Position numbers and translations under genes: made by a program. From Octopus sinensis (Eukaryota), in assembly GCF_006345805.1 (NCBI RefSeq), contig NC_043006.1, forward strand, positions 84,506,001 through 84,570,000: a DNA stretch of 64,000 nucleotides, read 5' to 3'. The notes under the pieces are model-generated. The model did not search any database. It was not told the DNA's origin and saw nothing but the letters and a program-made list of their open reading frames with translations. Each line of letters begins with the position of its first letter. Positions within the stretch are counted from its first letter, which is position 1. Positions 39,016 to 52,039 of the stretch are shown piece by piece.

Positions 39016-39751
39016 TGTATGGTCTGAATATACATAAACGTACATGAAAAATAGAGATGGATCCCATTGAACCTTTGCAAGGGAGCGTTGAAAATGTGTT
39101 ATTGAAAGAAATATTTGAGATGCACGGTGCTAATAGAACGGAAAGGAAAAACATAACTAAAATGATAGCAAATAGCAGATTAACCTATACTCTATTTACA
39201 TTTGTTGTGGGATGTAACACTTCAATAGGAATATACGTATTATTGCTTTTATGTTGTGGCCATAACGCTATGATGCGGACATACGAACATACAGCAATTT
39301 ATTTTTCTTAACATAACTCGTCTTTCGTTCCTTTTCTTCCGTGTTATTTTTCTTTTTGCTTTGTCTTGCTTTTCTTTCCTTTTCTGAAACACGTTTCCAT
39401 CTGTCTCGTTTTATGTATTTCCCACAAATTAACTATCATATACATACATACATACACACGCACGCGCACACACAAACACATACATGTATATGCATATATA
39501 TGTGCGTGTGGTTCGTATATATATTTACATACCCATTTGCGTGCCGGAGTAACTCGAAGCTGTTCTTGCCAGGCAAGTGTTTTCAGATCGTGTGTTGGAA
39601 CTAAAACAATTACCGCATGAGGAACACGTTAACTATTCAAAAATACGCACCAAAAAACCGTCAACTTCGCTTAATTATTTATTATTCGGTCCCAAAATTT
39701 TCGTCGCACTAACAGCAACCTGATCAATGACGCTACTACTACTACTACCAG

Positions 39752-39790
<39 letters not shown>

Positions 39791-39849
39791 CAAGACCATC
39801 ACCACCACCACCATCATCAGCAAATATTGCTGATGATGGTTGAAGAGAT

Positions 39850-42240
39850 GTTATCCCTCACAGAAGAAGAAATAAAGATCTTGACGAGTTCTGCAGCCAC
39901 ATTGAAAACTTTCCCTACCATACTATACATAAACAGACAGTTAACTCAAATTTTAGCACTGCACAATGGAAGGAACTGATAGAACTTCAAAATGATGAAG
40001 ATATAACCATTAAGGAAGCAGACAAAGGAAGTGCAGTTGTAATAATGGATACATTATACTATAGAAATCTTGTAATTTCCTTGCTTGATGACAATCAACA
40101 CTATGAAAAAATCACCAACTACACCCCGCAAAAAATAATGAAAACTCTGTCTTCACTAATTAAAACCCATGAAAAGGAACTAACAACCAAAGAGATTGAC
40201 TTTCTAACAAACTTTAAATACAAGCCTAGCCTCTTCTATGGTCTGCCAAAAATTCATAAAATCCAAATTATAAATGAAACCATTAAAAAATCACCAAAGA
40301 CATACATACACACACCTAATCCGGGGGACCTAAAACTACGACCCATTGTAGCTGGCCCAACATGTGAAACACACAGATTAAGTCTATTTATGGACATCCT
40401 CCTGAAACCCTTCCTTAAACATATCGATAGTCATATCAGAGATGACTTGGATATGTTAAACCACCTCCCAAAAAAAGTCAAGGAAGAAACAATCATGGTG
40501 TCATTTGATGTAGTTAACTTATATACCAGTATACCTCATAATTATGGACTAGAGGCAATACAGTTCTGGCTGGACCAATTTCCGGAAGAAATACCAAAAA
40601 AGGATCAGTAAAGAATTCATTACTAAATCGGTTGAATTCATCCTACATAATAACCACTTCATGTTTGACAATACATTTTACCGTCAAAAATCCGGAATTG
40701 CTATGGGTACAAGGGCAGCACCAGTCATTGCGAACCTAACAATGGGCTACCTGGAAATAATTGTTTACCAGGAATCTTTATCGACCTTTGGAAACCCCCT
40801 CTCTCAATACATAAAAGAGAATTGGAAAAGATTCCTGGACGATTGTTTTATACTCTGGAATGAAAACACAGATAAACTCCTAAAATTCAAAAACCTATTG
40901 AACAGCATCAACCCAAATATACAGTTCACAATGGAATACAACCAAAAGGAGCTTCCATTCTTAGATATACTAATTTAAAAAATTAACCTTAAGATAGAAG
41001 CAGACATTTTTTACAAAGCTACAGACGCTAAACAATACCTACTTTTTGATTCATGCCACCCAAGACACACTAAAACAAACATTCCTTTCAACATTGCAAG
41101 AAGGATATGCACAATAGTGTCAGAACAAAATACCAGGAACTTTAGACTACAAGAACTCAAAAACACCCTAATTGACAGGCACTACCCAGCTCAACTCATA
41201 GAGGATGGGATCAGACGTGCAACAGAAACCGACATTGAAACTTTGAGAAAAGTTCAACACAACAACACACCTTCCCCGAAAATACTGCCTTACATATCCA
41301 CATACAACCCCAGAAACAAAGAAGCCTTCACCATCATCACCCAGAATTTACCAATACTTCATAAGGACCCCAAGTTAAAGGAAATTCTAAACATACATAA
41401 AATCATTAAAAGCTACAAACAACCTAATCCCTTAAAAAGATTCTCACAAAGGCAAAATTGTTTTCTGAAATTACGGATGCAAAAGTAAAAAAAATGTGGT
41501 AGACCAAACTGCGCAACATGCCCTAACCTTCTAGAAGGATCAGAATTCCTTTTCAAAGAGGGACAAAAATTCAAGATCAGATCCAATTTTACTTGTGCTT
41601 CTGCAAAACATAATTTATGTCATAAGGTGCTCGGGCTGCCACCAAAACTACGTGGGGTCCACGGGATTATCACTCAGACGTACGTAGATGCACCCTGCAT
41701 CGACAACAGATTGCATTCCCAGAATACAGAATGATACCCATTGAGAAATGCGCAAAGCAACTACTACCACAATTTTTAATCTTTCCATTCTATCAATGTG
41801 CTATTGGAACACCAACACAAATTACATTAAACAAGGAAACATTCTTCATTGAAAAATATAAGCCTAAATTTAACCATTCTAACATTCTCATACAAAGAAA
41901 CTCACCCCACTAAATAAAGGGAAAAGAAATATAAAACGATTATCTCCCTTATACCGGAAGAAATCGCTTATTACCTCCCCCTACCTGGAACTCTTCTTTG
42001 CACTGCATAACGAAGACATAACACGATGTAAATAAAGACATCTGAGAAAAATGAGAAATTTGAAAAGTTAACACGAAACCGGTAATTTCTTCAAAAACTA
42101 TGTTACTGTATGAAAAAATTTTATAACATTCTTCTAACATAATGACTCAAATATATTCTTTAACCTTATAAAACAAGCCTTCTGTAGTTTTTTCACTCTT
42201 TACTATTTTCTATATTTCCAACCACGTGCTTTCACACACC
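39850..42240 (+). mobile_element. Penelope-like retroelement, 5'-truncated and frameshifted (RT + GIY-YIG)
   Basis: IKEADKGSAVVIMD; FYGLPKIHK; LRPIVAG; SFDVVNLYTSIPH; GIAMGTRAAPVIANLTMG; WKRFLDDCFILW; KCGRPNCATC; YVIRCSGCHQNYVGST; NKETFFIEKYKPKFN. Confidence 0.95.
42034..42091 (+). ncRNA. Degenerate hammerhead ribozyme in the PLE 3' region
   Basis: AAAGACAT-CTGAGAA-...-GAAAC-CG-GTA-ATTTCTT; stem I 6/7 bp, palindrome ACCGGU, G8 and stem II damaged. Confidence 0.55.
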
Positions 42241-42252
42241 AACTTTCTTACC

Positions 42253-42665
<413 letters not shown>

Positions 42666-42814
42666 ATAAACAACTTATAAATAAGGGTAAACGAAAAAAT
42701 TTCCAATGCCAAATATGCTGAAAACTAGACATATTGTCCATTACCATATAATTTTTCACATTACGCACGCTACTCGAAAAGAAGCCGACAGAAATTTCTA
42801 AAAAATTCCATTAT

Positions 42815-42878
42815 TACCATATCGGACCAATTTCAGGGTTAGTTCGTGAGTACCCTCCCTTCGTCAGTGATAAATGTG
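42815..42878 (-). ncRNA. Hammerhead-like motif in an inverted PLE terminal-repeat remnant
   Basis: Minus strand: TTATCA-CTGACGA-AGGGAGGGT...ACCCT-GAAA-TTG-GTC-CGATA. Confidence 0.55.
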
Positions 42879-43049
42879 CCAAAGAAATAAATGAGATACT
42901 TACTCATACCCATGAAGAAGCAAAACACTAAGTCATAAGCACAATTAGGTACCCCAAATACATCCAAAATAGAAATACTCCAGCCCATTCAAGACACGTG
43001 CGATTTGAACTGAGGCTCTCACAGAGTGAGAGAGTCCGGAAGTGAACAC

Positions 43050-43129
43050 TTAAATTTATATTTAATGTAGGATAAAATCATATTAAAAAATACCTTTAAG
43101 ATTTTATCCTACATTAAATATAAATTTAA
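43050..43129. repeat. Perfect 30-bp inverted repeat with a 20-nt loop
   Basis: TTAAATTTATATTTAATGTAGGATAAAATC (43050-43079) and its exact reverse complement (43100-43129). Confidence 0.95.
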
Positions 43130-43130
43130 A

Positions 43131-44460
43131 GGCCTGTTCTTCCTGCTCCAAAAAATCGGATGTCCACGAAAGCTGCCGAGGATCATCAAATCTTTCTATG
43201 ATGATATGCAAGGCACCATACAGCACAATGGTTGAACATCAGCCGGCTTCCAAATAAAAAATGGTGTAAAGCAAGGTTGTGTCCTTGCTCCTACATTATT
43301 TGACATATTCTCACTGCTGCTGTCACATGCCTTTGAGACATCAGATGATGGAGTGTTTCTGTAGAAGCGATGGGAAACTGTTCAATCTCGCGCGTCTGCG
43401 TGCAAAGACCAAAATCAGAAGCGTCCTGATCAAGGAGATGCTATTTGCTGATGATGCCGCTCTGGTATCACACACAGAAGAAGCTCTACAAAAGTTCATC
43501 AACTGTTTTGAGCAAGCGTGTGGCGACTTTGGCTTAGTTATCAGCCCCAAGAAGACCAACATCATGGGTCAGGCTACATCGGACATCCCAAACATACATA
43601 TTGGAGACCACAGACTACAGGAGGTGGAGAAGTTTACCTATCTTAGCTCTACCGTCACCTACAACCTATCCCTTGATGCTGAGCTCAATATACACATTGG
43701 CAAGGCAGCTGCTGTGATAGCCCAACTATCCAAACGGGCATAGGACAACAATAAGCTGACCAAGATCACAAAAATGAAGATTTACCAGGCATGTGTACTA
43801 AGCACTCTACTGTATGGAAGTGAGACTTGGACGCCATACACACGCCAAGAGCGTCGCCTAAATATCTTTCACCTGCGCTGCCTCCGGAAAATCCTTCGCA
43901 TCAAATGGCAGAATCATGTCCCCAACAAAGATGTCCTCAAGCAAGCAGGAATACAAAGCATGTTTGCACTCCTCACACAAAGACGTATGAGATGGCTTGG
44001 ACATGTTAGCCGTATGGAAGATGGCAGAATCCCCAAGGACATACTCAACGGAGAGCTTGCTAGGGGCACTAGGTCTGTGGGAAGACCGCTCTTACGATAC
44101 AAGGATGTTTGCAAAAGGGACATGAATGCCTGCAACATCAATATTACCAACTGGGAAGCAGTTACCAGCAACCGTGGAGATTGGCGACGTACCGTAAAAG
44201 ATGGAACACAACGAGTGACATAGAGAGAGAGGAGAAATGGAAAGACAAGAAAAGACGTCAACAAGAAAGTATGACATTACAGCCAGCCAGGAAAAGTCTT
44301 CGCTACATTTGCGGCACCTGCCAGAGGGAGTGTTTGTCCAGGATAGGACTACACAGCCACAGCAGGAGATGTATTAGGACATGAAATATAAACGCCGGAC
44401 TAGATTATTTTATACGCAACTCCATTGTCTCCCGAGACAAAAAGGATGCCAACAACAATA
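43131..44460 (+). mobile_element. RTE-clade LINE, 5'-truncated, with stops and frameshifts
   Basis: GVKQGCVLAPTLF; EMLFADDAALV; VEKFTYL; LLYGSETW; RRMRWLGHVSRMEDGRIPKDIL; GRPLLRYKD; C-terminal CGTCQRECLSRIGLHSHSRRC; tail GTCTCCCGAGACAAAAAGGATGCCAACAACAA. Confidence 0.93.
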
Positions 44461-44740
44461 TATATATGGATTTCGTAGACAGGAACTGAAACAAATCAAT
44501 CGTATATATATATGTATGTATATATGTAAGTGTAAGTGTGTGTCTTTGTCTCTGTGTTTCGCCCTCATCACTGCTTCACAACTGCTGTTCATTTATTTAC
44601 ATCCACATAACTTACTGGTTTCACAAGAACAAACTAATAGAATAAGTACTAGGCTTATCAACGTAAAAAAGCACTAGGCCGTGTCTCATATTTCTGTTTG
44701 CCCACTCATTTGTATCTATCAATTTATCTTTGTATGTGTC

Positions 44741-44811
<71 letters not shown>

Positions 44812-44826
44812 ATGTATGTATGTATG

Positions 44827-44884
<58 letters not shown>

Positions 44885-44889
<5 letters not shown>

Positions 44890-46191
44890 ACACCCTAATG
44901 GGACCCTTAACTCCCAAATTTTAGTCATTTCTTTTATGATCAAAAACTAGGTCAAAAGTACTGAATGGATCTTTATGAAATTTGGAAATTATATTCTAAG
45001 CACAAGGGCCATAACCCCCATGACAATTCATATATTTTTGCTGTTGATGAAATTTTAACCATAGATATTAGACACAAATGAAGTAATAGTTATAAAAATT
45101 TCATCTTCTTACAAAGTTAGAAAGACCCCTCCATGGAGACTTAACACCCACAATTGTGTCATTTCATCTAAGCAAAAACGAATACAGTTGTGCTCTTGGA
45201 AGCTGTAGGGTTACCCGAGCATAAAAATTAGGCATTATTTCTAATTCAATGGTACAACAGTGTAACAGTTTGCTTTGACATACACTTACATTGTGATTTC
45301 TGCAGTGTGGTGCATAACTTGTCAAGTAAATGAGAGGCATCTTTGCCTCCACTGATTCAGTTGCAAAGTGTTGAGTAAAGTTATTTGATTGCAGACCTCC
45401 TTTCAGTCTTTTTATTATCACTGGGTCTCACATAGTCTCCAGATGGTAACATTGATTTCAAGGCCTTCCCAGATGAGTGACTGGTTATTCAAAGACATTT
45501 ATAGATTGTAAATTTATTCTGTCCAGTTACATATCAGTATAGTGGTCATTTGCAAACCGCAACTTTCATTTCTCCTTAGCCCTCACGTCACACAGCTGTT
45601 AATGTTGATTTCAGTTGGGTCACGCTCTTCCAATTCCTATAGATCCGTAATGCATCTTACCACTGTGCCTGTCACCTGGATGATGACGAATACTACATTC
45701 GGAGTGGTAACGTCTAGGGTACTGTAGCTGACTGCTTATTGTGATCATTCGTCTTTTGGTTTCCTGTAGCTTTGCTCTCTTTTACAAACACAGTGAACAT
45801 ATATTTCCTATTTCAAAGAAATTCAAACAATAGATATAAGACCCAAGTAAAAAAGATTTTCAACAATTCAACTTCTCTGGTTGACATTAAGATGCCCACC
45901 CCAACAGGGGCCTTAACTCTCACATTTTAGAGCTCCATGACCTTCATTTTTCAGGAGCAAAATCTTTTTAACAGGTTCAATAAGACTGGAATTTTGGAAT
46001 ATGCGCATAAAAATCAGTAGTATGGGATGCATGTGGCACGATTTTTAGGGTGTGTAAAGAGGGAAATAACCCTCATCTGCAATTTTGATGAAATTCGAAA
46101 CATAGATATTCCAGTTCATTACGGAAGATATGACAGAAAAGTCTAATTCTTCAATAGAATGTAACCGAGCAACGCCGGGTATCTCTGCTAG
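44885..46191 (+). mobile_element. Probable non-autonomous Helitron (3' end supported, 5' limit tentative)
   Basis: Imperfect hairpin CCGAGCAACGCCGGG followed by CTAG|T at 46188-46192; begins after a (TA)n tract. Confidence 0.45.
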
Positions 46192-46916
46192 TACCAAATA
46201 TAGAATCGTGGTATTGACAGCAGTATTTTTTTAGTACGCTGGTACTAGAAATCGAGATGTTCTGTTCATAAGCAACTAATTGTCTTCTAATGTATATTTC
46301 CTCACTGCACTTGTCATAAAGATTAAAGCAAATTATCAAATTTGCAAATAACAGAAAAGATTAAAGCAAATTATCAAATTCATTTTGGCTTCTTTCGACT
46401 TGGAACAAAGAAAAGCCCTATTTCAGAGTGACTGCAGGGTAGAGAGAAGAGAAACGAGGCGTTTAAGTACTTAAGCTTTCCTTCGTTCACGTGATCTAAT
46501 AAATTAATTAACAGAGCTTAATTTTGATTAATTTGAAATATGTTACTGGGTGACACTCTCTGATCGGCGAGTGTTACAACGTTGCTTTTTTTTTTTACTT
46601 AAATTTATTTTGTATTTTTACTCAACGAAGTTTGCTACAAATTAAAAGGGTACGTTGTTGGATGAAAAAGGTACTTAGTTGTCTGGAGAGGGAAAAAAAA
46701 TAAACCAAAAGAAAAAACAAAACAAAAAAGACAGCAATTAAGCATTAATTTTTTTAATGTTTTATTAGTCTTAGTCTGATTAATTAATTCATTAAAGATA
46801 CTATCATTTTTATTCTATAATTATGTTCATAGACACATGGATACAGGGGAGGAAATTTTTTCACAAATACATGCCATACATTGAATTAAATAAACGGCAC
46901 GTGATTTATGCAATGT

Positions 46917-46918
<2 letters not shown>

Positions 46919-47015
<97 letters not shown>

Positions 47016-47020
47016 TGTGC
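46919..47020. repeat. (GT)n microsatellite
   Basis: Read directly. Confidence 0.95.
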
Positions 47021-47880
47021 GCGTATCAGCGTCCAGGTATCCAAATAGGAATAACCATATGTACTGAATTGAAAGCTTGCTCGGAGACAGAAGGCACATT
47101 GTAGAAATATACCGAATTATCGTGTTTCCATATCATGAAACTATTAAAAGCTCTTATTTAAATTCTGTGTATATTAACGGATATTTATCTCTCACTGGAT
47201 GGAGTACTTTTTTGTTCATCCTACCTATAATGCAACAGTAAACTATGTGTGTGTGTGTGCATACATATATAGATATCCATTTATCTAAATAGATAAGTAT
47301 GTGATAATCGTTGCTCGTATTCATTTTCTCTTCTTTTTTCTTGTTTATATTATACAATAATTGCTTTCCCTTCTGCCTTTATCTCTAAACTGTTTCTTCC
47401 TTTGTTTTCCTCGGATATTTTACCTGTTGCATCATCTGCCTTTTCAACAATATTATCATTTTATATATTTTTTCACTCTCTTATAGATTATATATATATC
47501 TATCTTTTCTCCCTATTTAAACTGTTTTCTTTGGTGATTTTTCATATTTTCTCTTTCATTCCCAACTCCCACGCCTTCCCCTAACCTACAATACAATCAC
47601 ACTTACACATCCTCCTCCCATAACCTCACTACTTTATACCACAACATTCCCGGACTTGCACGCCTAGACACAACCCACATACCCACAAACACTCCTCCCA
47701 ATATCCACCTCTATACTCAGATAACGTTCCAATATATATATACACACCGTTCATCATCATCCTCTCTTCCTAACCCCTCCCTACATAACCACATTTCCAA
47801 CCTGGCTTCTAAATTTTTCCTTCTTTCTTTCCCACTATCTTTCTTCCTTCTTATTTTTTCGCAATCTTTTATTTTCCTAT

Positions 47881-47916
47881 TTTTCTGATGAAGGAACCGC
47901 GTCCAAAACGTCAGGA
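47881..47916 (+). ncRNA. Minimal hammerhead ribozyme with G12A lesion
   Basis: TTTT-CTGATGA-A-GGA-accgcg-TCC-AAAAC-GTC-AGGA. Confidence 0.6.
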
Positions 47917-48374
47917 CTGTTTCCTTTTGTTTTAAACGTTAAACTAATACAATATCTATTAAAACTTATCTCATTCATTTTCATCTTCTTACTTTGCTCA
48001 TTAACACGTGTGTGTGTGTGTGTGTGTATGTGTGAGTGTGTGAGTGTATGTATGTGCGTGTGTGGGTGTGTGTTAAACAAACATGTGCTAAGAGAAGTCA
48101 GAGTGGCCACAGGCATGTGCATGAACAACATAAACAAGTACAGGTGTATCAAATGGCAGATAACATAAATTCAACTCCACATAAGAAGAAGAAATTGTCC
48201 CAAGAATCAAAAATGCTCCAAAGTTGACAAGCCATAAAAGGACGAGCTTATAGTCTGGAGATAATAGGACAATCGATAAACGGGTTTATGACTCAATAAG
48301 CGTCATCAGCGCGATAACTGTCCCGTAGCCATATAAGATTTTTTGCTAAAATTTATGTGAAATAAATTGGTTAT

Positions 48375-48535
48375 AGTTCTGAGTTCAAATTCCGCCGAGG
48401 TCGACTTTGCCTTTCATCCTTTAGGGTTCGATAAATTAAGTACCATTTACGCACTGGGGTCAATCTAATCGACTTAATCCGTTTGTCTGTCTTTGTTTGT
48501 CCCCTCTATGTGGGCAATAAAGAAATAAGAAACGT
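48375..48535 (+). mobile_element. 5'-truncated family B SINE, tail 1
   Basis: Core followed by TTTGTCTGTCTTTGTTTGTCCCCTCTATGTGGGCAATAAAGAAATAA. Confidence 0.88.
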
Positions 48536-48568
48536 TAGTAATTTTCTTTTTATACAATTCCACATAGT

Positions 48569-48915
48569 AAAAGGTAAAGACCCCTCCACCGTCATGAATG
48601 ACCATGGGATTGCACCTAGAAAGAAACCCTCCGAGGCACAAGTCCAGGGAAGGTTACTTATGGATGACCAGCGGCCACCGATGCATGCCGGCCTCCCCTC
48701 TCCACGCCCTGATGTTATCCAAGGGAAAAGCAAACACAGATACAGCTTGGAACTAGTGACAGCGCAACACATTTCTATAGCTGAGGGAACTGGAGCAACG
48801 TGAAATAAAGTGTCTTGCTCAAGAACACAACACACAGCCCACCCAGTCCGGGAACCGAACTCACTATCTCATAATTGTAAGCCTGACGCTCTAACCACTG
48901 AGCCAAGCACCTTCA
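48569..48915 (-). mobile_element. tRNA-derived SINE (family E) ending GGGGTCTTTACCTTT
   Basis: Minus head GGTGCTTGGCTCAGTGGTTAGAGCG...GAGTTCGGTTCCCGG; TTGTGTTCTTGAGCAAGACACTTTATTTCACGTTGCTCCAG block. Confidence 0.8.
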
Positions 48916-49344
48916 CTTAGCCTTGGGACATGGATATGAAAAAAGGATATATATATATATAAGCTAAGTTGAACTGTCTAAAATCGAAAGACACCTGTTG
49001 TTTTTGTGCTGTTATTATTATCATTGTTTTTTGTACGATTCGTGTGGCATCGTCCGTTTTTCTGTCCTTGTTTCGTATACATTCGATCGTTTTTCCAAGA
49101 AATCTAATGCCCGTAGCTTAGTTTTTCCTTGGGGCTGGCCGGATCGGAGCGATCTCAAGATTAATCAGCCGAAATTGCGAGGATGATCCGGTTCTTGACT
49201 GAAGATTAGAGGCTTCGAATGACCCATCCGGTTTTTTTGTGTCGTCTATTTGAATGTTTTGCGTTCTTGTCCCATTTTGTATTTTTATATATATTTTTAT
49301 ACATATGTATATATATATATATATATATACATACATACATATAT

Positions 49345-49427
<83 letters not shown>

Positions 49428-49432
49428 ATTAT

Positions 49433-49572
49433 TATTATTAGTGAATTGAAGAAATGGAGTTGAACGAAAATTGAACAGAAATCGTTTTATTGCATTCTAC
49501 ACGTGTAGAATGCAATAAAACGATTTCTGTTCAATCTTCGTTCAACTCCATTTCTTCAATTCACTAATAATA
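49433..49572. repeat. 140-bp spacerless palindrome with one mismatch
   Basis: Centre CTACAC|GTGTAG at 49502/49503; arms checked base by base. Confidence 0.95.
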
Positions 49573-49721
49573 TTAAAATTCAATTATCCGCACCAACGCA
49601 TGGTTGCAACACCATATGGTTGTACCTCCAACCGTGCTGTCTTCTACTGTGATTTTTGCTACCAAGGTATCGGTTAAACTTTTGATTAATCTACAACAAG
49701 ATTATTCATCTTTCTATTTCA

Positions 49722-49757
<36 letters not shown>

Positions 49758-49895
49758 CGATTAGAGGTTGTGTTAATCTTATAAGGGATGGTTTCATCCA
49801 AGGAAATATACTGGCTCAATACCTAGTATTTTAGGGGAATTAATTTCCTTAAAATAATAGATGTATGTATATATATAAACCTAGTTTATATTCAT

Positions 49896-50248
49896 AAAAA
49901 GAAAGGAAAGAAAATGGTGATTGGGAAGTTAATAATTGTTTATTATTAACAGAAAATTAATCATCATCCCTTACAGCTGTTTCAATTAATACTCAGCAAA
50001 TATTAAGTAAATATTAAATTTATATTTATATCACCTGAGCATAATATATTCAGAGGGAAAAAATATACCCTTGAATGTTTTATATATGTTTATGGATTCA
50101 TTCTTTTTCTGGTCATATAAATATAAATTTAATATTTACTTAATATTTACTGAGTATTAACTGAAGCAGCTGTAAGTGAAAATGATTAATTTGCTGTTAA
50201 TAATAAATAATCATTAACTTCTCAATCTCCATTTTCTTTTTCTTCCTT
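49896..50248. repeat. Foldback: ~140-bp diverged inverted arms with ~75-bp spacer, containing a hammerhead motif (minus, 49966-50058)
   Basis: Arms 49896-50035 and 50111-50248. Minus strand: TCCCT-CTGAATA-...CTCAG...CTGAG...-GAAAC-AGCT-GTA-AGGGA. Confidence 0.85.
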
Positions 50249-50261
50249 TATATATATATAT

Positions 50262-50365
50262 ATACATTACCAATGTTCACACAACACCACAATGCAACAC
50301 AGGTTGAATAAAGAGGCATTTTTCATCAAAAAATGTCTCCCCCAACTAAATATGAACACACAACT
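50262..50365 (+). mobile_element. PLE C-terminal fragment
   Basis: YQCSHNTTMQHRLNKEAFFIKKCLPQLN resembles FYQCAIGTPTQITLNKETFFIEKYKPKFN at ~41790-41875. Confidence 0.65.
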
Positions 50366-50773
50366 CAATACAGAACACCACTAATTCTTCAATTTAAACC
50401 ACTAACCACTATACACTTCCTACATCACTCACATCTCTAAATCCAGAGCTACTTACCTCCCTTACAAATAATCTTTTTTCTCGGGAACTATTAGACCCGA
50501 CACTGTGTATTAGCCGGTGTTTTTCAAACGATGAATAGCTTTGCGTAAACCATGATCCGTTTTGTTCTCTTACTTTATTATCATCTTATAATCATCTCAT
50601 AATAATGACTTTTATGACTCGTATTACTACCTCAGTCAATATAAATGTATATATTTGTCGTTACCTGTCATAAATAGCCTTTTTTTATTTGCAATGTGCA
50701 TTTTCGTTGATTTTTCATATTTTACTCTTACATTTCCACGTGTGTCTTATATTTTCTTTTTGTAACATATTTC

Positions 50774-50820
<47 letters not shown>

Positions 50821-50889
50821 TTAGTATCAATGTAATTGTAGTGGTGAGTGATGTTTTTCCATGCGTTGTATTGCACTCGTATTACCTAA

Positions 50890-51290
50890 ATTGATGCATC
50901 GAGGCTACAGAGGAACTGCTTGGGATGTGGTTTTGTTGCATATGGGATGTAGAGATGCATGACTAAAAGATTGGTTTCGGTTACTTGTATAATTGTCTCG
51001 GTTGAGAACGTTTGAAGTAAATGAGCGGCGAGGGACAGAATTGAACAGGCGACCAATCAGCTGACTTAAAGTGCCATAATGTTTAGGAAGTTTGGAGTGG
51101 AGCCGTTGCATAGAATGTGGATGTCTGGTGGGTTCTCATAGTGGGATAGTGGTCGGGTGTAGAGACAGGTGGGTTTGATTGAAGTGGGGTTCGGAGGTGA
51201 GAGAGGTTAAGAGTGCTTGGAGTACTAGTGTGTTTCGGCATCGGATTGGAACGAGTGTGAGAACCGAGAAGAATCGTTAACAATGAAGTC
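50890..51290 (-). mobile_element. Very decayed LINE fragment (end of APE endonuclease)
   Basis: STPDHYPT...LWHFKSADWS resembles the SDHxPI and WxFxxADW motifs. Confidence 0.35.
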
Positions 51291-52039
51291 ACTGAGAATG
51301 AAGATTTTAAAATGATGTTTAGTGAGTTGTGTAAAATATATCGTGGTATTTTGCTTATTTTTTCAACTTTCTGTGCTCTGAGTTCAAATCCCGCCGAGGT
51401 CAGCTTTTTCTTTTATTCTTTCGGGGTCGATAAAAGAGTAGTGGATTGGCGAAGCTTTTGGAAGGTTGGGAAAGATACCTCGCAGTTTTCTTCTTTTCCA
51501 GCGATGACACTAATACCAAGTTGCACCGGTCTAAGTCTATGGCTTTCTCTTGGATAAACAGAGGTGATACGAAGCAAGAAGACTTGCATGTATGGATAAC
51601 TACCAAGGCCTGCCCATACATGTGCAAGGAACTAGTAAACCTTGGTCGATGGAACCCCTCTCTCAGTTTTATATTATCTAATGTGTCCTTCTCTATAAGA
51701 TGGCTTTGAAGGAAATATGACTATTTCCAGCAGACAGGTCCGGAGTCTGTGAACTCGTTGTTCACGAATGAAACAAAAAGGCAACTACAACCGTACATGT
51801 CGATTCGTGTCAGTTTGATCGACCGGGTTTTTTGCCGGCATTGGCTATTCGCTGCTCCGATACAGACTTCGTCCGCTGAAGAAAAGCAGCGAATTCCCGT
51901 CTAGAGAAGGTCTCGTTATCTCATGCTAACTTGCAATAGATGCTTTGGAATTTTATCATTTGCTCCTGTTCGTAATTTTGTCTTAACGATTGATCTATTC
52001 TGAGACAATGCGAGATCCTCACGACGGATTCGTACATGA

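Noticed and set aside
43131-44460. Active RTE LINE of the kind reported as expressed in octopus brain
   Set aside because: This copy is 5'-truncated with in-frame stops and frameshifts, and identity to that family cannot be checked here.
49120-49240. Further hammerheads (CAGCC-GAAATTGC; CTGAAGA...GAATG)
   Set aside because: Core halves and stems could not be assembled into a consistent fold.
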